Source of the DNA: Heteronotia binoei
Taxonomy: Eukaryota
Assembly (NCBI RefSeq): GCF_032191835.1
Contig: NC_083223.1
Span: 248,620,001-248,684,000 of the forward strand
Direction: 5' to 3'
Length of the DNA stretch: 64,000 bases
Position 1 is the first letter of the stretch; every line of letters begins with the position of its first letter. The notes under the pieces are model-generated. The model ran no database searches. It worked only from the letters and a program-made list of their open reading frames with translations, and was not told the origin of the DNA. A program made the translations under genes and the position numbers. Below, piece after piece: positions 1-11,022 of the stretch.

Positions 1-109
1 TTCCTCAGAGGGTTTGGTCTTCAGGTCCCCAAGCATTCTTGTCACTCTCCTCTGTTCACATCCTTCTTAAAGTGAGGCTTTCTGCCTGAGACTCTGGAGG
101 GGTCCCATT

Positions 110-297
110 CAGTAGTGGTGGGAAGTGCCATCAAGTCACAGCCAACTTATGCAAGGCAGGAGGTGTTTGGCCATTGTCTCAGTGTTAACAACCATAGACA
201 GCTTTGGTGGTCTCCCATCCAAATACTAACCAGGTCCAACCCTGCTTAGCTTCCAAGATCTGATGAGATTGGGCTAGCCTGGGCCATCCTGGTCAGG
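110..297 (-). mobile_element. 5S rRNA-derived SINE (5S-Sauria-like) with RTE-type tail
   Basis: Minus strand reads ...gatcttggaagctaagcagggttggacctggttagtatttggatgggagaccacc (5S internal control region-like), followed by a ...gacttgatggcac tail. Related copies at 11365-11520, 17030-17229 and 48365-48750. Confidence 0.75.
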
Positions 298-587
298 CTA
301 GCCAGTATTGACCTTGGTAGGCCAATAATCTGATTGTAAATAGGGCACCTTCATGTCTGGTCATGCTCATGATTTATGTATTCATTCATTTATTTACATC
401 TTTCTAACCCACCCTCCATTGGGACTCAAGATGACAATATTGACTTACAAACTCAAAAAATAAAAACACAGCAATAGCTCCACAACAGAGAACACAGATC
501 CCTAATATAGCCAAAACCATCTGCAAGAACAGCTTTCATAGGAACGCTTGCCAAAATAACTCCACCTCAGAACCTTTTAAAGAGGCA

Positions 588-800
588 GCAAGGAGAGGCA
601 ACATGGTGTAGTGGTTAAGAACGATAGATTCTGTATCTGGAGAATCCAGTTTGACTCTCCACACTTCCTCCATGTAAAGCCTGCTGTGTGACCTTGCACC
701 AGTCACAGTTCTCTCAGAACTCTCAGCCCCACCTACCTCACAGGGGAGAGAGAGAGAGAAAGTGACTGTAAGCCACTTTGAAACTCATTAGGCTAGAGAA
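588..800 (+). mobile_element. Old MIR/Squam3-like tRNA-derived SINE
   Basis: tggtgtagtggttaag head; gtgaccttg and ctcagccccacctacctcacaggg core; tgtaagccactttg near the end. Confidence 0.7.
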
Positions 801-2657
801 AAGTAAGATAGAGAAACCTTCTTCTTTCTGATGTGAAATAACAGAATCACAAGCCCTTCTCTGTTCCTTCTGGTTGGTCCTGAGAGGTCAGAAGATTCCC
901 CCACCTTGACCATTCCAATTCTCTGCATAGTGATGACAAAGCCCCTTACCCTAGCTTCCTGGGACTGCAAAAAGCCCAAACTGGATTGGTCCCAACAATA
1001 TTGCTCCCAACAAATGGACTAATCTGCCTAGCACTCTGTGTAGTTGATGTGCCTGTCCACTTCAGTCCATGAGCTAGCACAGGGCTGTTCTGTCAGCATC
1101 ACAGCTGTTCAAGCTATCGTGTTCCAGGGGATGAAGAGCTGTCTCACTGCTCCTCCTTGTTATTACACTTCAGATAGCCAGACAGAATAGGCATGCTGTT
1201 TATCCAGAGATCAGACTTAGAACATTTGAAATCACGGCCGACCCCAGACTGGCACCCTAGACTGTCTGGCGCCCCCCCTCCCCACACTGATAATGTCACC
1301 GAGTTACATGGAGGGCACCCAATTTGGTGCCCCCAGAAGGCCAGTGCCCTAGGCAATCACCTAGTTTTCTTAGTGGTAGGGCTGGCCCTGTATGAAATAT
1401 AAGAAAGTTTAAAGAATGAATAAAAGGATACTGTCCAAGCATTTCAGGCTGCACAAGGGAACAAATAAAAGGTGCAAATATGTGTCTTCTTTCCCTACAC
1501 TAGGTACTTCCTAACTGACATTCAGCTTTACTTGAAGCTGTAGTAGTTTAAAGTTCATCATTACTTGCAGTTGTTTAAAGTTCAGCATTAACTTAGTTCT
1601 CCTGGTTGGGACTTCTCTTCATTGTTCCTCGCTTTATGGACAGCCTCATAAAAGGGAAGAAGCAGCAGGTGAGCAGAACTCCACTGCCACTCCCGGATCT
1701 TGTTCTGTATACCCCAAGCACTCAGACTTTTAGGAGGTTGTCTACAGGAGGCTCACCAGGGCACAAAATGCTGGGGCAGGGAGACAAGAGTCCCCTTTCC
1801 GTTTGCCTTTGGATCTATTCAGGAGAAAGAAGAGACTGCTTGATTTCTCTGCTGGCTGCCCTTTGTGTTGCAGAACCAAGGAACAAACAGCTTCAGTTTA
1901 GATTGAGGGGGCGGGGTGGGCACAAAGGATAAGTGCAGATCCTGCCATGGGAAATCTGCATTAGGAATCATTCAGGCACCTCCCCCAGACACACCTTTGC
2001 AAATGTAGCTGTCAGGATTGCTTTGTCAAGGAAAAGAAGACACCTGCAATCCTTCCCCTGATTTTCTCAGTGGGAAGAGCCATCAGAAAGTTGCTTTTGG
2101 CCCTGCTGGTGGTGACCTAAAGAAGAAACAGTAGAGTTACCTGTCATTTTCCTCCAGCAATGGTAAAAGCATCTCCCAAGTGGCTTTTTCCAAGAACAAG
2201 ACAAGAGGAGGTGAGGAAGGAAGGGACCTAGGGAAGAGAGAATTTCCCTCTGAGAAACACAATTGACCTTGGGGAAACTGCATTTCATAGCTGTGGAAAC
2301 TGCATTTCATTTCATAGCTCCTGCCTCCGCTGCATTGCTTCTCTGGCATTCCTTTCCAAGGCAGTCTGCTGTCCTTCTGCAGCACAGCTTTCTTATAGGA
2401 GGGGGTTTCCTGATTTACATCGCTGAACCACAGGTAGAAAGATTTTTTTAAAAAGAAAAAGTGGAAGCTTCTTTTAAGATAACTGGGGGGGGGGAGGTTT
2501 AAGAGAAAGCCCAGCCAGGATGCATTTGCATATTAGGCCACACCCCCTGACACCAAGCCAGTCAGAACTGCGTTCCTACTAAACCCCCCCCCCCCTCCGG
2601 TTATAACCCACTCTTTTTTGATACAAGACTGGGAAATAGAGCAGTACCTACCTAGGG

Positions 2658-3146
2658 CAGGGGTTTCAAACATATGGCCCAGGGGTCGAATCAGGCCCCC
2701 GAAGGGCTCCTATCAGGCCCCCAAGCAATTGGCTGTCATCTGCTTCCTTCTCCCCCTCTCTTGCTTGCTTCTGTATCACAACTTGCTCTGCCAGGCTCGC
2801 TCAATCGCACAGCAGAGCTACTGAGCCAAGCCTCTCTTTCTTCTATTGGATGAGGATCTTCTCCCGCCTGGTCCCCTGGAGAAGGAAGGAAAGAGCCAGA
2901 ACCTCCTCTGCCCAGTTCACTGGATCTTACAGGAGAGATACAAAGAAAGCACCATTAAGACCAACAAGTGCTAATGTTGTAAGCTTTTTTAAAAAAAACA
3001 AAAAACAAACTTTAATTGTGTTTGTGCCCTTTATAAAGTTTATATCTCTGCTATTGCATTGCATTTTATGACACCCATGGCCTGGCCTGACAAGGTCTCA
3101 TTTATATCAGATCCAGCCCTCATAACAAATGAGTTCAACACCCCTG
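2658..3146. mobile_element. Non-autonomous hAT (Charlie-type) MITE
   Basis: TIRs caggggtttcaaac / gttcaacacccctg. Perfect 8-bp TSD acctaggg at 2650-2657 and 3147-3154. Related copy at about 51172-51579. Confidence 0.9.
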
Positions 3147-3696
3147 ACCTAGGGTGTTGCTTCACTTTGTCAACCAGCGTGCATGGGCCAAAAGAACAGT
3201 TTCTGTTACTTTCTCAGGGTAGATTCATGTGAACTGAGAGAAGTGTGGTAGGAATCTCACTGTGCAAGCTTCCAGACAAGCCAGTTTCTGCAGCTGAAAC
3301 ATATGCCCCGCTTCTTACTGAATGCAAATAATTCACTTGTGATCCTATGCAGGCAGAAGTTCCTTATGGAAATGCTGTGAAGCATCACTCACTATTAGCA
3401 CTTAATTCTACATGCCACTGAAATCTGTGGACCAAATTGAGTACAGGGTTGTATTGTGAAGCACTCCAGCCAAATTCTTCTGGCAGAACAGCAAGGTATA
3501 AAGCAGAGGAATGTACCAAACGTCACTGCAGCTAATAATGAAGCCGCTGGCCCTGTGCCATTCTAAGAAAATAAAACAAAAAACTGGGCCACCCATACCT
3601 TGAATAAAACATTGTTGGTCCTAAACTCAAACTTTGTTCCATTGCTTCAAACCAACACAGCTATGCACCTGGGGCACCCACAGACATTCTTGACAC

Positions 3697-3892
3697 CAGT
3701 GTTCCCTCTAAGCTGGGTTAGTGTGAGCTAGCTCACAGTTTTTCAGCCTCCAGCTTACACATTTTTGTCTTAGCTCAGGAAAAATGGCTTCAGATCAAAC
3801 TAATTTATGTAGTAGCTCACAACTTTAATGCCAGTGGCTCACACAAAGTAAAATTGTTGCTCACAAGACTCCACAACTTAGAGGGAGTATTG
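3697..3892. mobile_element. Non-autonomous hAT MITE (CAGTGTTCCCTCTAAG TIR family)
   Basis: TIRs cagtgttccctctaag / cttagagggagtattg; TSD cttgacac on both sides. Further copies at about 26047-26236, 29105-29286 and 35905-36085. Confidence 0.9.
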
Positions 3893-4016
3893 CTTGACAC
3901 CCCAGGTGTGCAGGATATGCCAAGTCAATAAGTAATCCCTTCCTTCAGCAAAAGCTTTTGTTTTGAGCATATGTGCTTCTTGGAAAAACAAAGAATATTG
4001 AGATGAGTTAAGTGGA

Positions 4017-4230
4017 GGGAGGGACGGTGGCTCAGTGGTAGAGCATCTGCTTGGTAAGCAGAAAGTCCCAGGTTCAATCCCTGGCATCTCCAACTAAAAT
4101 GGGTCCAGGCAAATAGGCGTGAAAAACTTCAGCTTGTGACCCTGGAGAGCCGCTGCCAGTGTGAGTAGGCAATACTGACTTTGATGGACCGAGGGTCTGA
4201 TTCAGTATAAGGCAGCTTCATATGTTCATA
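4017..4230 (+). mobile_element. Squam2-like tRNA-derived SINE
   Basis: A box gtggctcagtggta, B box ggttcaatcc, body ccctggagagccgctgccag, tail ggcagcttcatatgttcata. Near-identical to 5549-5765 and 48503-48720. Confidence 0.85.
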
Positions 4231-5197
4231 AGTATTAGTGGGGAGGATTGAATCAGATTGCTCGAATGCCACAGAGGTTAGAAAATCTGGAAGGGGGGAG
4301 TTTCAGAGGATAAGGTGAGATTTCTAAATTGTTGTCTCCTTCCAGCAGTTCTGCATGGGCCCCCTCAGTCACTCACCCTGATGTTTCAACCACAAGTCTT
4401 CACCCCATCAGCCAGGACAGTGCAGTGCTTAGAGTGTTAGATTGGGAGGAAGAGCTGAGCTCAAATTGCCATTTCAACATGAAAATGACTGGATGACTTT
4501 TGGGTCACGCATGCTGCCAGACTGACTGACCTCACAGCCAGGGGGGAAAGTGGAATACAAATAAGGCTCCTTAGGCTGCCTAGGAAGGGTGGGAGGATGT
4601 AAGCCAGTATACACAGGCATACAAACCATTAAAGAGTTGTACAACAGAAGCACAAAAATGTGATGTGACTGTGCCCTTGTGCCCCATCTGGGGTGGCCAT
4701 CTCCAGGTGGGGAAATTCCTGGAGATTTGGGTGTAGAGGCTGTGGAGGGCAGGTTTTGGGAGCAGGGGGATCTCAGCGGGGTGGGGTATAATGACATAGA
4801 GTCTACCCTTCAAACAGCCATTTTTTCCAGGGGAACTCTTATAGCCTGGAGGTCATTTGTAATCTAGGGGATCTTCAAACTCCACCATCTGGAGAAGGGC
4901 CACCCTGAGCCTGTCAGGGGAGGGTGGGATATAAATCTGATAAATAAATAAATAAAACTCAACCACATCCCCACATACAATTGCTCATGTCAAAGCTTTG
5001 TATCCAGCACTGCCTGTTCTCCTCAGCCCAGCAGAAAATGTAGCTCTGGTGACAGTTCTTTCTCTCTTCCAGCAGGCAAATTAGTAAGTGAGTGGCCAGG
5101 CCCCCAAACACTCCTGTCAGCTGTTTTATGCAGACTGTTTGGCCTTCCTTATCCCATTTAGCACAGCAGCTGCACTATAAGCCAGGGCCCTGTGGTT

Positions 5198-5406
5198 TAG
5201 GCTTGCTAACCTCCAGGTAGAGCCTGGAGAGCTCCTGGAATTACAAATGATCGCCAGACCACAGTGACCAGTTTCCCTGGAGAGAATGGCTGTTATGGAG
5301 GATAGCAGTATAGCTGGCTCAGGTCTCTCTCCTCCCCAAACTCTCCCCTTCCCAGTCTCCACCCCCAAGTCTCCAGGACTTTCCCAACCCAGAGTTGGCA
5401 ACCCTA
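5198..5406. mobile_element. hAT MITE of the TAGGGTTGCCA-TIR family
   Basis: taggcttgctaac ... gttggcaacccta ends; TSD-like cctgtggt / cttgtggt. Family members at about 4690-4910, 6350-6605, 13000-13250, 56169-56570, 58489-58671 and 62832-63035. Confidence 0.8.
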
Positions 5407-5548
5407 CTTGTGGTGTCATAGTACAGTTCCCAGGATTCTTGGGGCATTGTTTCTATTTCCCAGTGTTTTTGGGGAAACCCTACTGCTTGAAAGAACAATG
5501 GCTAGACTTCTGGAAAGTCCTGCAGGAGGCAACACCTCAGGCTCCCTG

Positions 5549-5765
5549 ATGAAGGGACGGTGGCTCAGTGGTAGAGCATCTGCTTGGGAAGCAGAAGGTC
5601 CCAGGTTCAATCCCTGGCATCTCCCAAAAAAGGGTCCAGGCAAATAGGTGTGAAAAACCTCAGCTTGAGACCCTGGAGAGCCGCTGCCAGTCTGAGAAGA
5701 CAATACTGACTTTGATGGACCAAGTGTCTGATTCAGTATAAGGCAGCTTCATATGTTCATATGTT
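5549..5765 (+). mobile_element. Squam2-like tRNA-derived SINE
   Basis: Same head, body and tail as 4017-4230, ending in (catatgtt)n. Confidence 0.85.
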
Positions 5766-7187
5766 CATGAAACAAGGCCTCAGTGAGGCCCAATGCACTG
5801 AAATGCAGGGTTGCTAACAGGCCTAGAGAAAAATGCCCTGTCCCTTGTAAAAGAAGCTTAAAGTGTGGAAACGGCAGGTTGAAGCTTTCTTTGGCATGGA
5901 GGTAAGTGACATTCCATTAAGCCTCTAAAGTGGTAGGACTTTTTTTCCCTCCAGGTTCCTGGCAACCCTAAAGCTTATTTCACAGGCTGAAGAAGGCTAA
6001 GTACAATACCTTCAGATGAAGGGCCGCCAAATATATATTGATATTATGTATTGGGACTGTGCCCTGGTCCTGGACTGTACTTCAGTCAATGCTGTTAATA
6101 ATAGATTAGTTCCTTATTACTGGCAATAACAGCGATGCCCACTGGGGCAGCCATTTTGTGAAGAGCCTCCATTAACTCCTCATATACCATTGCAGAAAAT
6201 ATCCAGCCTTCAACAGTTTTTTACAGGGATAATAATAATTACAAGCCTTTGTCACAGGGAACAGATCTTAGTCATCACAATTATAACTGGGGGAGGGGGT
6301 GTTTCAGCCCGTTACGCTTTTTGTGGAGAACAAAGTCCCCAGTAGCGTTGCCAACCTCTAAGTGTGTTCTGAAAACCTCCTGGAATTACTAAGGTTGCCA
6401 ACTCAAGCTTGAAAAATTCCTGGAGATTTGGTAGTAGGCAGAGCCTGGGGAGGGCAGAGTTTGGGGAGGGAGCTTAGCAGTGCTGTGATGCCACAAGGCC
6501 ACCCCCTCCAAAGCTGTTGTTTTCTCTAGAACTGATGTGTCATTTGGAAATCAGTTTTTAATTTCAGGAAATCACCAAGCCCCAGCTGGAGCTTGGCAAC
6601 CCAAATTACAGCTGAATTCCCACTTCAGAAAATGGCTGCTTTGAAGTGCAGACTCTATGGCAAGGGTGGCCAAACTTAACTTACTTAACGTAAGAGCCTC
6701 ATAGAATAAATGTCAGGTGTTGGAGAGCCACAAGGAAGGAAGGGAGGAGGGGGAGGCAAATAGATGGGGGAAGGAAGAAGGAGGGAGAAGTGAAAAGAAA
6801 GCAACTTTAAATACCTTCTCCAAGCCAGTTAACAGGATGGTGTGGGCTTCAAGAGCCACACAATGGCTGCGATCACACATGCTAAATAATGCAGTTTCAA
6901 TCCACTTTCACTGTACTTTCAAACTGGATTTTGTCAGTTCACACAGTAAAATCCAGTTGGAAAGTGCATTGAAAGTGGATTGAAACTGCATTATTTAGTA
7001 TGTGTGATCACAACTGATACGTGTGAAATACCCACATGTGGCTCCTGAGCTCCAGTTTGGCCACCCCTGTTCCATGGCATTATACCCAGCTGGGATCCCA
7101 GTCTTCCCTCTTCCCAAGTACAGCGATTGTGGTGTAGTGAAGTCGAATATGGAGACGCAGGTTTGGATCTCTCTCCACTAAGAATAA

Positions 7188-7482
7188 GAGCCCTGTGGCG
7201 CAGTGTGGTAAAGCTGCAGTAATGCAGTCTGAGCTCTCTCCTCACGATCTGAGTTTGATCCCACGGAACCCGGGTTCAGGTTGCTGGCTCCAGGTTGACT
7301 CAGCCTTCCATCCTTCCGAGGTCGGTAAAATGAGTACCCAGCTTGCTGGGGGGAAAGCGTAGATGACTGGGGAAAGCAATGGCAAACAACCCCGTAAAAA
7401 GTTTGCTATGAAAACGTGAAAGCAAGGTCACCCCAGAGTCGGAAACGACTGGTGCTTACACAGGGGACTACCCTTACCTTTA
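7188..7482 (+). mobile_element. Sauria SINE (Squam1)
   Basis: gagccctgtggcgcagtgtggtaaagctgcagta head, ggttgactcagccttccatccttccgaggtcggtaaaatgagtacccagcttgctgggg core and ggggactacccttacctt tail. Confidence 0.9.
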
Positions 7483-7689
7483 TATAGATACTTTTGTATT
7501 TATTGGAATTAGCATTTATATTGTAGCATAAAGCTTTTCTTGTGGTGTAGTATCTATACAGCCGTTTTGTATATTCTTGGGTGACGTTTTCATTGAGCAA
7601 GGGAGATAATTGGTGTTTCGTTTAGTTAGGGAGATAACTGGTGTTTTTTGGCTGCTTTGCTTTTTCTCCCTGTTCTTGTATTTTCCTTG

Positions 7690-7966
7690 ATTCTGTGAAT
7701 GAGGCAGATCATGAGGAGGAGGGCAGAAGGGGTTGCATCAGTGCTTAGTTCTTGTGGCCCCTTCTTACACACCCAGGGAAATGCTATTTATCACTTTGGG
7801 GTCAGGCAGCAATTTTTCTCCAGGTCAGTTTGGCCAGGGATCTTGGAGGGTTTTTTTGCCATCTTCTAGGCATGGAACAGATGTCACTGGGTGTGCGGGG
7901 GAGGTATTTTTCATGCATTGTGCAGAGGATTGGACTAGATGACCTTCCCACTTGATGATTCTATGA
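7690..7966 (+). mobile_element. CR1 LINE 3' end fragment
   Basis: Ends in ggattggactagatgacc...gattctatga, the typical CR1 3' terminus. Confidence 0.65.
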
Positions 7967-8419
7967 AGATTGAACTGCTTTGGATCCCCAGTGCTAGTGT
8001 CGCTAAGTTTTATGCAAGTCTCTTTAGTATCAGTTTAATCTGAAGCAAATTTAATGTGATTTTTTATCACCACGCCAAAGCTTCAGCTGCCCATTTCCAT
8101 ACATGAAATCTCTACTAAAAAGACACAACATTTTCCTCCCGGCCAGTTGGCAACACTGGTCTCCCTTGGGGGAGGAAAAACGGGATTAAAACCTCTAGGC
8201 CAATTCTGCACTAGATCTTTAATTCTGGTTCAGGCTTGACCCAAAATGACATTCTACACTTGAACCATGGAATTTTGCGTTCCTACCTGTCTGTCTTTCT
8301 CTTTTTCTGGAGGGATAGCCATGTTTGTCTGAAGCACGAGAACAAAGTTTGAGTCCAGTGGCACCTTTAAGACCAGGCTGGTCTTAAAGGTCCCACTGGC
8401 CTTAAACGTTGTTCTTTTC

Positions 8420-8607
8420 CTTTTTTGTTAATTCTCATTTTCCCTTCGCTCCTGTACCAGCTGCTGCGCGGGGAGAAGAAAAGACTCATCCCAAACTCTG
8501 AGCTCCTCCTCCTTCGAGCTCCACCCCTTCCCGCTCCCCAGGCAACAGGAGGGACGCACATTGGGATTTGCAGCGCGCAGGGACGAGTTGAAGGCAGCAG
8601 CGGGCAG
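8420..8607 (+). promoter_or_regulatory. CpG-enriched putative promoter and non-coding first exon of the CCDC121-like gene
   Basis: Local cluster of CpGs in CpG-poor flanks. Donor gggcag|gtaggc at 8607/8608. Acceptor ttctacctttccag lies 8 nt upstream of the ATG at 10081. The pairing of the two sites is inferred. Confidence 0.5.
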
Positions 8608-9173
8608 GTAGGCCTCCTTCCTGGAAAACTTCTGCTTTCTGACTTCCTACAACGTTTGTCACCCATCTCTCCCCCCCTCCCCCGCTTGCCCCCTCTGGGA
8701 TCGTCATCTGTCCAACTTCCTTTTCAAAGCTCTCAAGCCCACCCTCAACCATGGAGTTTTCACCAGACATTCTTGTGCATAGCCCTTTATGCTTTGGGCA
8801 GCAATCCCCCTACAACTTCCAAGAGCCTAGCAGTGCCAGCACGGGGTCTTGTTTTAAGAAGAGACCCCGAAGAATATTTGCAAATATTTGAAATTGTCCC
8901 CCGAATTCCAATTTTGCTGGATTTTGGATTCCACATTTCATATTTCCACAATCCCCTCTTGACATTTATGAATGTGAAAGCTTAGGCTTGTTGGCATCTC
9001 TGTTGTATTGCAGTTTTGGCTGATGTTGAGCTTGAAATTGGATAACCCGTTAGAAATGTCAGATACTAAATGCGCTTCCAGTGACCAAATTCTTGCAGAT
9101 ACCAAATAGGAAATCCTGCAAAAGCCATCTCTTCACATCTGAATATGAGCACAAGGGAGTCTTTTCCCTAGAG

Positions 9174-9583
9174 CAGGGTCCCCACCACCAGGCCGCAGAC
9201 TGGTACCAGTCCATGGCCTGCTAGCAACCAGGCAGTGAGGCAGAGGCACTGCACCGCCCCCGCTTGCCCAGAACCCGGGTGGACAAAAGAGGCAGCACAG
9301 CCCCATCGCTTCTGCCCGCCCAGGACCCAATCAGCTGACTGGTGGGGGTCTTTAAATGGGAGGGGGAGGCAGATTGGCCTTCTGTCACCTGGCCACCTAG
9401 TGGGGAGGTGGCAGAAACAGCCCCCGTCTCCCCCCAATTTAAAGACCCCCACGGGGGCAGGGATAGGGCACGGGCAGGGGGGGCAGCAAAAACCCCAGGG
9501 CCAGCCCCCCCCACACACCAGTTCATGGGAGAATTGTCTTCCATGAAACCAGTCCCTGGTGCCAGAAAGGTTGGGAGCCACTG
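9174..9583. mobile_element. MER1/Charlie3-like hAT MITE
   Basis: cagggtccccacc...ccggtccctggtgcc-type ends (aaaggttgggagccactg); perfect TSD ccctagag. Confidence 0.85.
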
Positions 9584-10080
9584 CCCTAGAGATTCAAACT
9601 GATGTGCTTACCCTGCCAAACAGCTTAGATATGACTCCTCACATGTGTGTGAAATAGCAGTAAGCATTAGCAGCCACTGCTTTTTGCTTCCTTATGCAGC
9701 GGTCTGCTTTGGTTCGCAGTATGGGTAGCTTTAAAGGTGCCTTGTGGCCCAGTTATAGGACTACCAGCCAGTTGGGATAGTGCCAGGGGTCTCTTCCAAC
9801 TATGCACAGCTCAGCTGCTGCCTCCCACAGCCCTGTTGGGGTCTTCTTCTTGCCAATCAGAATGACAAGGGATCTTGTTCATGCCAATCTCTCCCTGACT
9901 ACACAGCCAGTCCTCCCACTGAAAGGGATGGGGGGGGGGCACCCTCCTGCTCACCAAGGCTTTAGCTGCTTCTTCCTTCCCCCCAACCCAGGTCACAGAA
10001 TGCCACTGCCCCACTCTAAGGCAGAAGGCCAAAGCTGCTGATGGCCACAGTTTCTGCTTTCTACCTTTCCAGGCCTCACA

Positions 10081-11022
10081 ATGCCCCCTAAGCGAGGAAA
10101 GAAGGAGCAGCCAGCCAAAGAGGAACCCACAGTCACAACGGATGTTGCTGAGGATGTCATGTTCACCCAAAAATCTGCATTGCTGCTTCAAGACTATGAA
10201 CGTGTCTGCCAGGAACTGGAAAACTTGAAAGTGCGGAGGGTGCAACTGCAGGAGCAGAATGACTTTCTGCAGCAGGAAGCACAGCACCTTCGGTCTGAGA
10301 GCCTGGAGTTCACGAGCTATCTGGGCAAGCGGGCGCAGAAGCGGCATGATGCTGTGGTCTCCCTGAGCGAGGAGAACCGGCAGATGCTGAGGGAGATCCG
10401 GCAGCAACATCAGGAGATGCTTGCCCACTTCCGGGAGCAGGAGAATGCTGTGCGGGATGAGCTGCTGCATAAGGAAGCAGAACTGGCTCGGTTGAGCTCA
10501 GACCTGGAGGGGCTGGGAGAGATCCGGGCCCTGCAGCAGAAACAAATGGCCCGGATTCAGGAACTTCAGCATGAGCTGGCAGCTGCCCGGAAGCAGCAGG
10601 TGGAGCGCCTCCAGGAAACAAAGGCCCACTTCTTGCGGCAGAAGGCAGCCTATGAGGAAGATGCCCGGCAGCAAGTGGAGCGCTTGGCCCAGCAGGCACA
10701 AGAAGTGGCAACGCTGTGCCAGCGGGAACACAGCGAGGAGGTAAAACGGCAGAACCAGGAGCTGCGTCAAGAGCTGCAACAGTTGGTCCAAAGGGCGAAC
10801 GAGCTGCGAAAGCACAAGCAACGGCTTGAGGAACAAACCCAGCGATTGCGGCAAGAACATCGCTGTCTGCAAGAGATAGCTCTTTTGCGCCATGGCTGTG
10901 GGCACCAGGAAGATATCTCGTCAAGAAGCAATGAAACGGGGCATTCTTCGCCAGGGCAACCTGAGACAGAACAGAAGGGTTTGCTTCGATCATCTGCTTG
11001 GTCCCCAAGAGAGTCCCCCTAG
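10081..11022 (+). CDS. CCDC121: Coiled-coil protein of the DUF4515 family (CCDC121/CCDC166/BBOF1-like), 313 aa, single coding exon
   Basis: Uninterrupted E/Q/R/L-rich heptad ORF. Motifs NDFLQQEA..LRSE..F.SYL, RIQELQHEL, HFL.QKAAYE and NQELRQELQQL resemble the family as recalled. The symbol is assigned from synteny with ZNF512 and GPN1. Confidence 0.8.
   Translation: MPPKRGKKEQPAKEEPTVTTDVAEDVMFTQKSALLLQDYERVCQELENLKVRRVQLQEQNDFLQQEAQHLRSESLEFTSYLGKRAQKRHDAVVSLSEENRQMLREIRQQHQEMLAHFREQENAVRDELLHKEAELARLSSDLEGLGEIRALQQKQMARIQELQHELAAARKQQVERLQETKAHFLRQKAAYEEDARQQVERLAQQAQEVATLCQREHSEEVKRQNQELRQELQQLVQRANELRKHKQRLEEQTQRLRQEHRCLQEIALLRHGCGHQEDISSRSNETGHSSPGQPETEQKGLLRSSAWSPRESP

Noticed and set aside
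2263-2330. Small tandem duplications (also at 7598-7648)
   Set aside because: Ordinary slippage duplications of 20-30 bp; not arrays and nothing CRISPR-like.
4017-4092. tRNA-like sequences (also at 5549, 48240 and 48503)
   Set aside because: They continue into a shared SINE body and tail and lack a proper acceptor stem; these are SINE heads, not tRNA genes.
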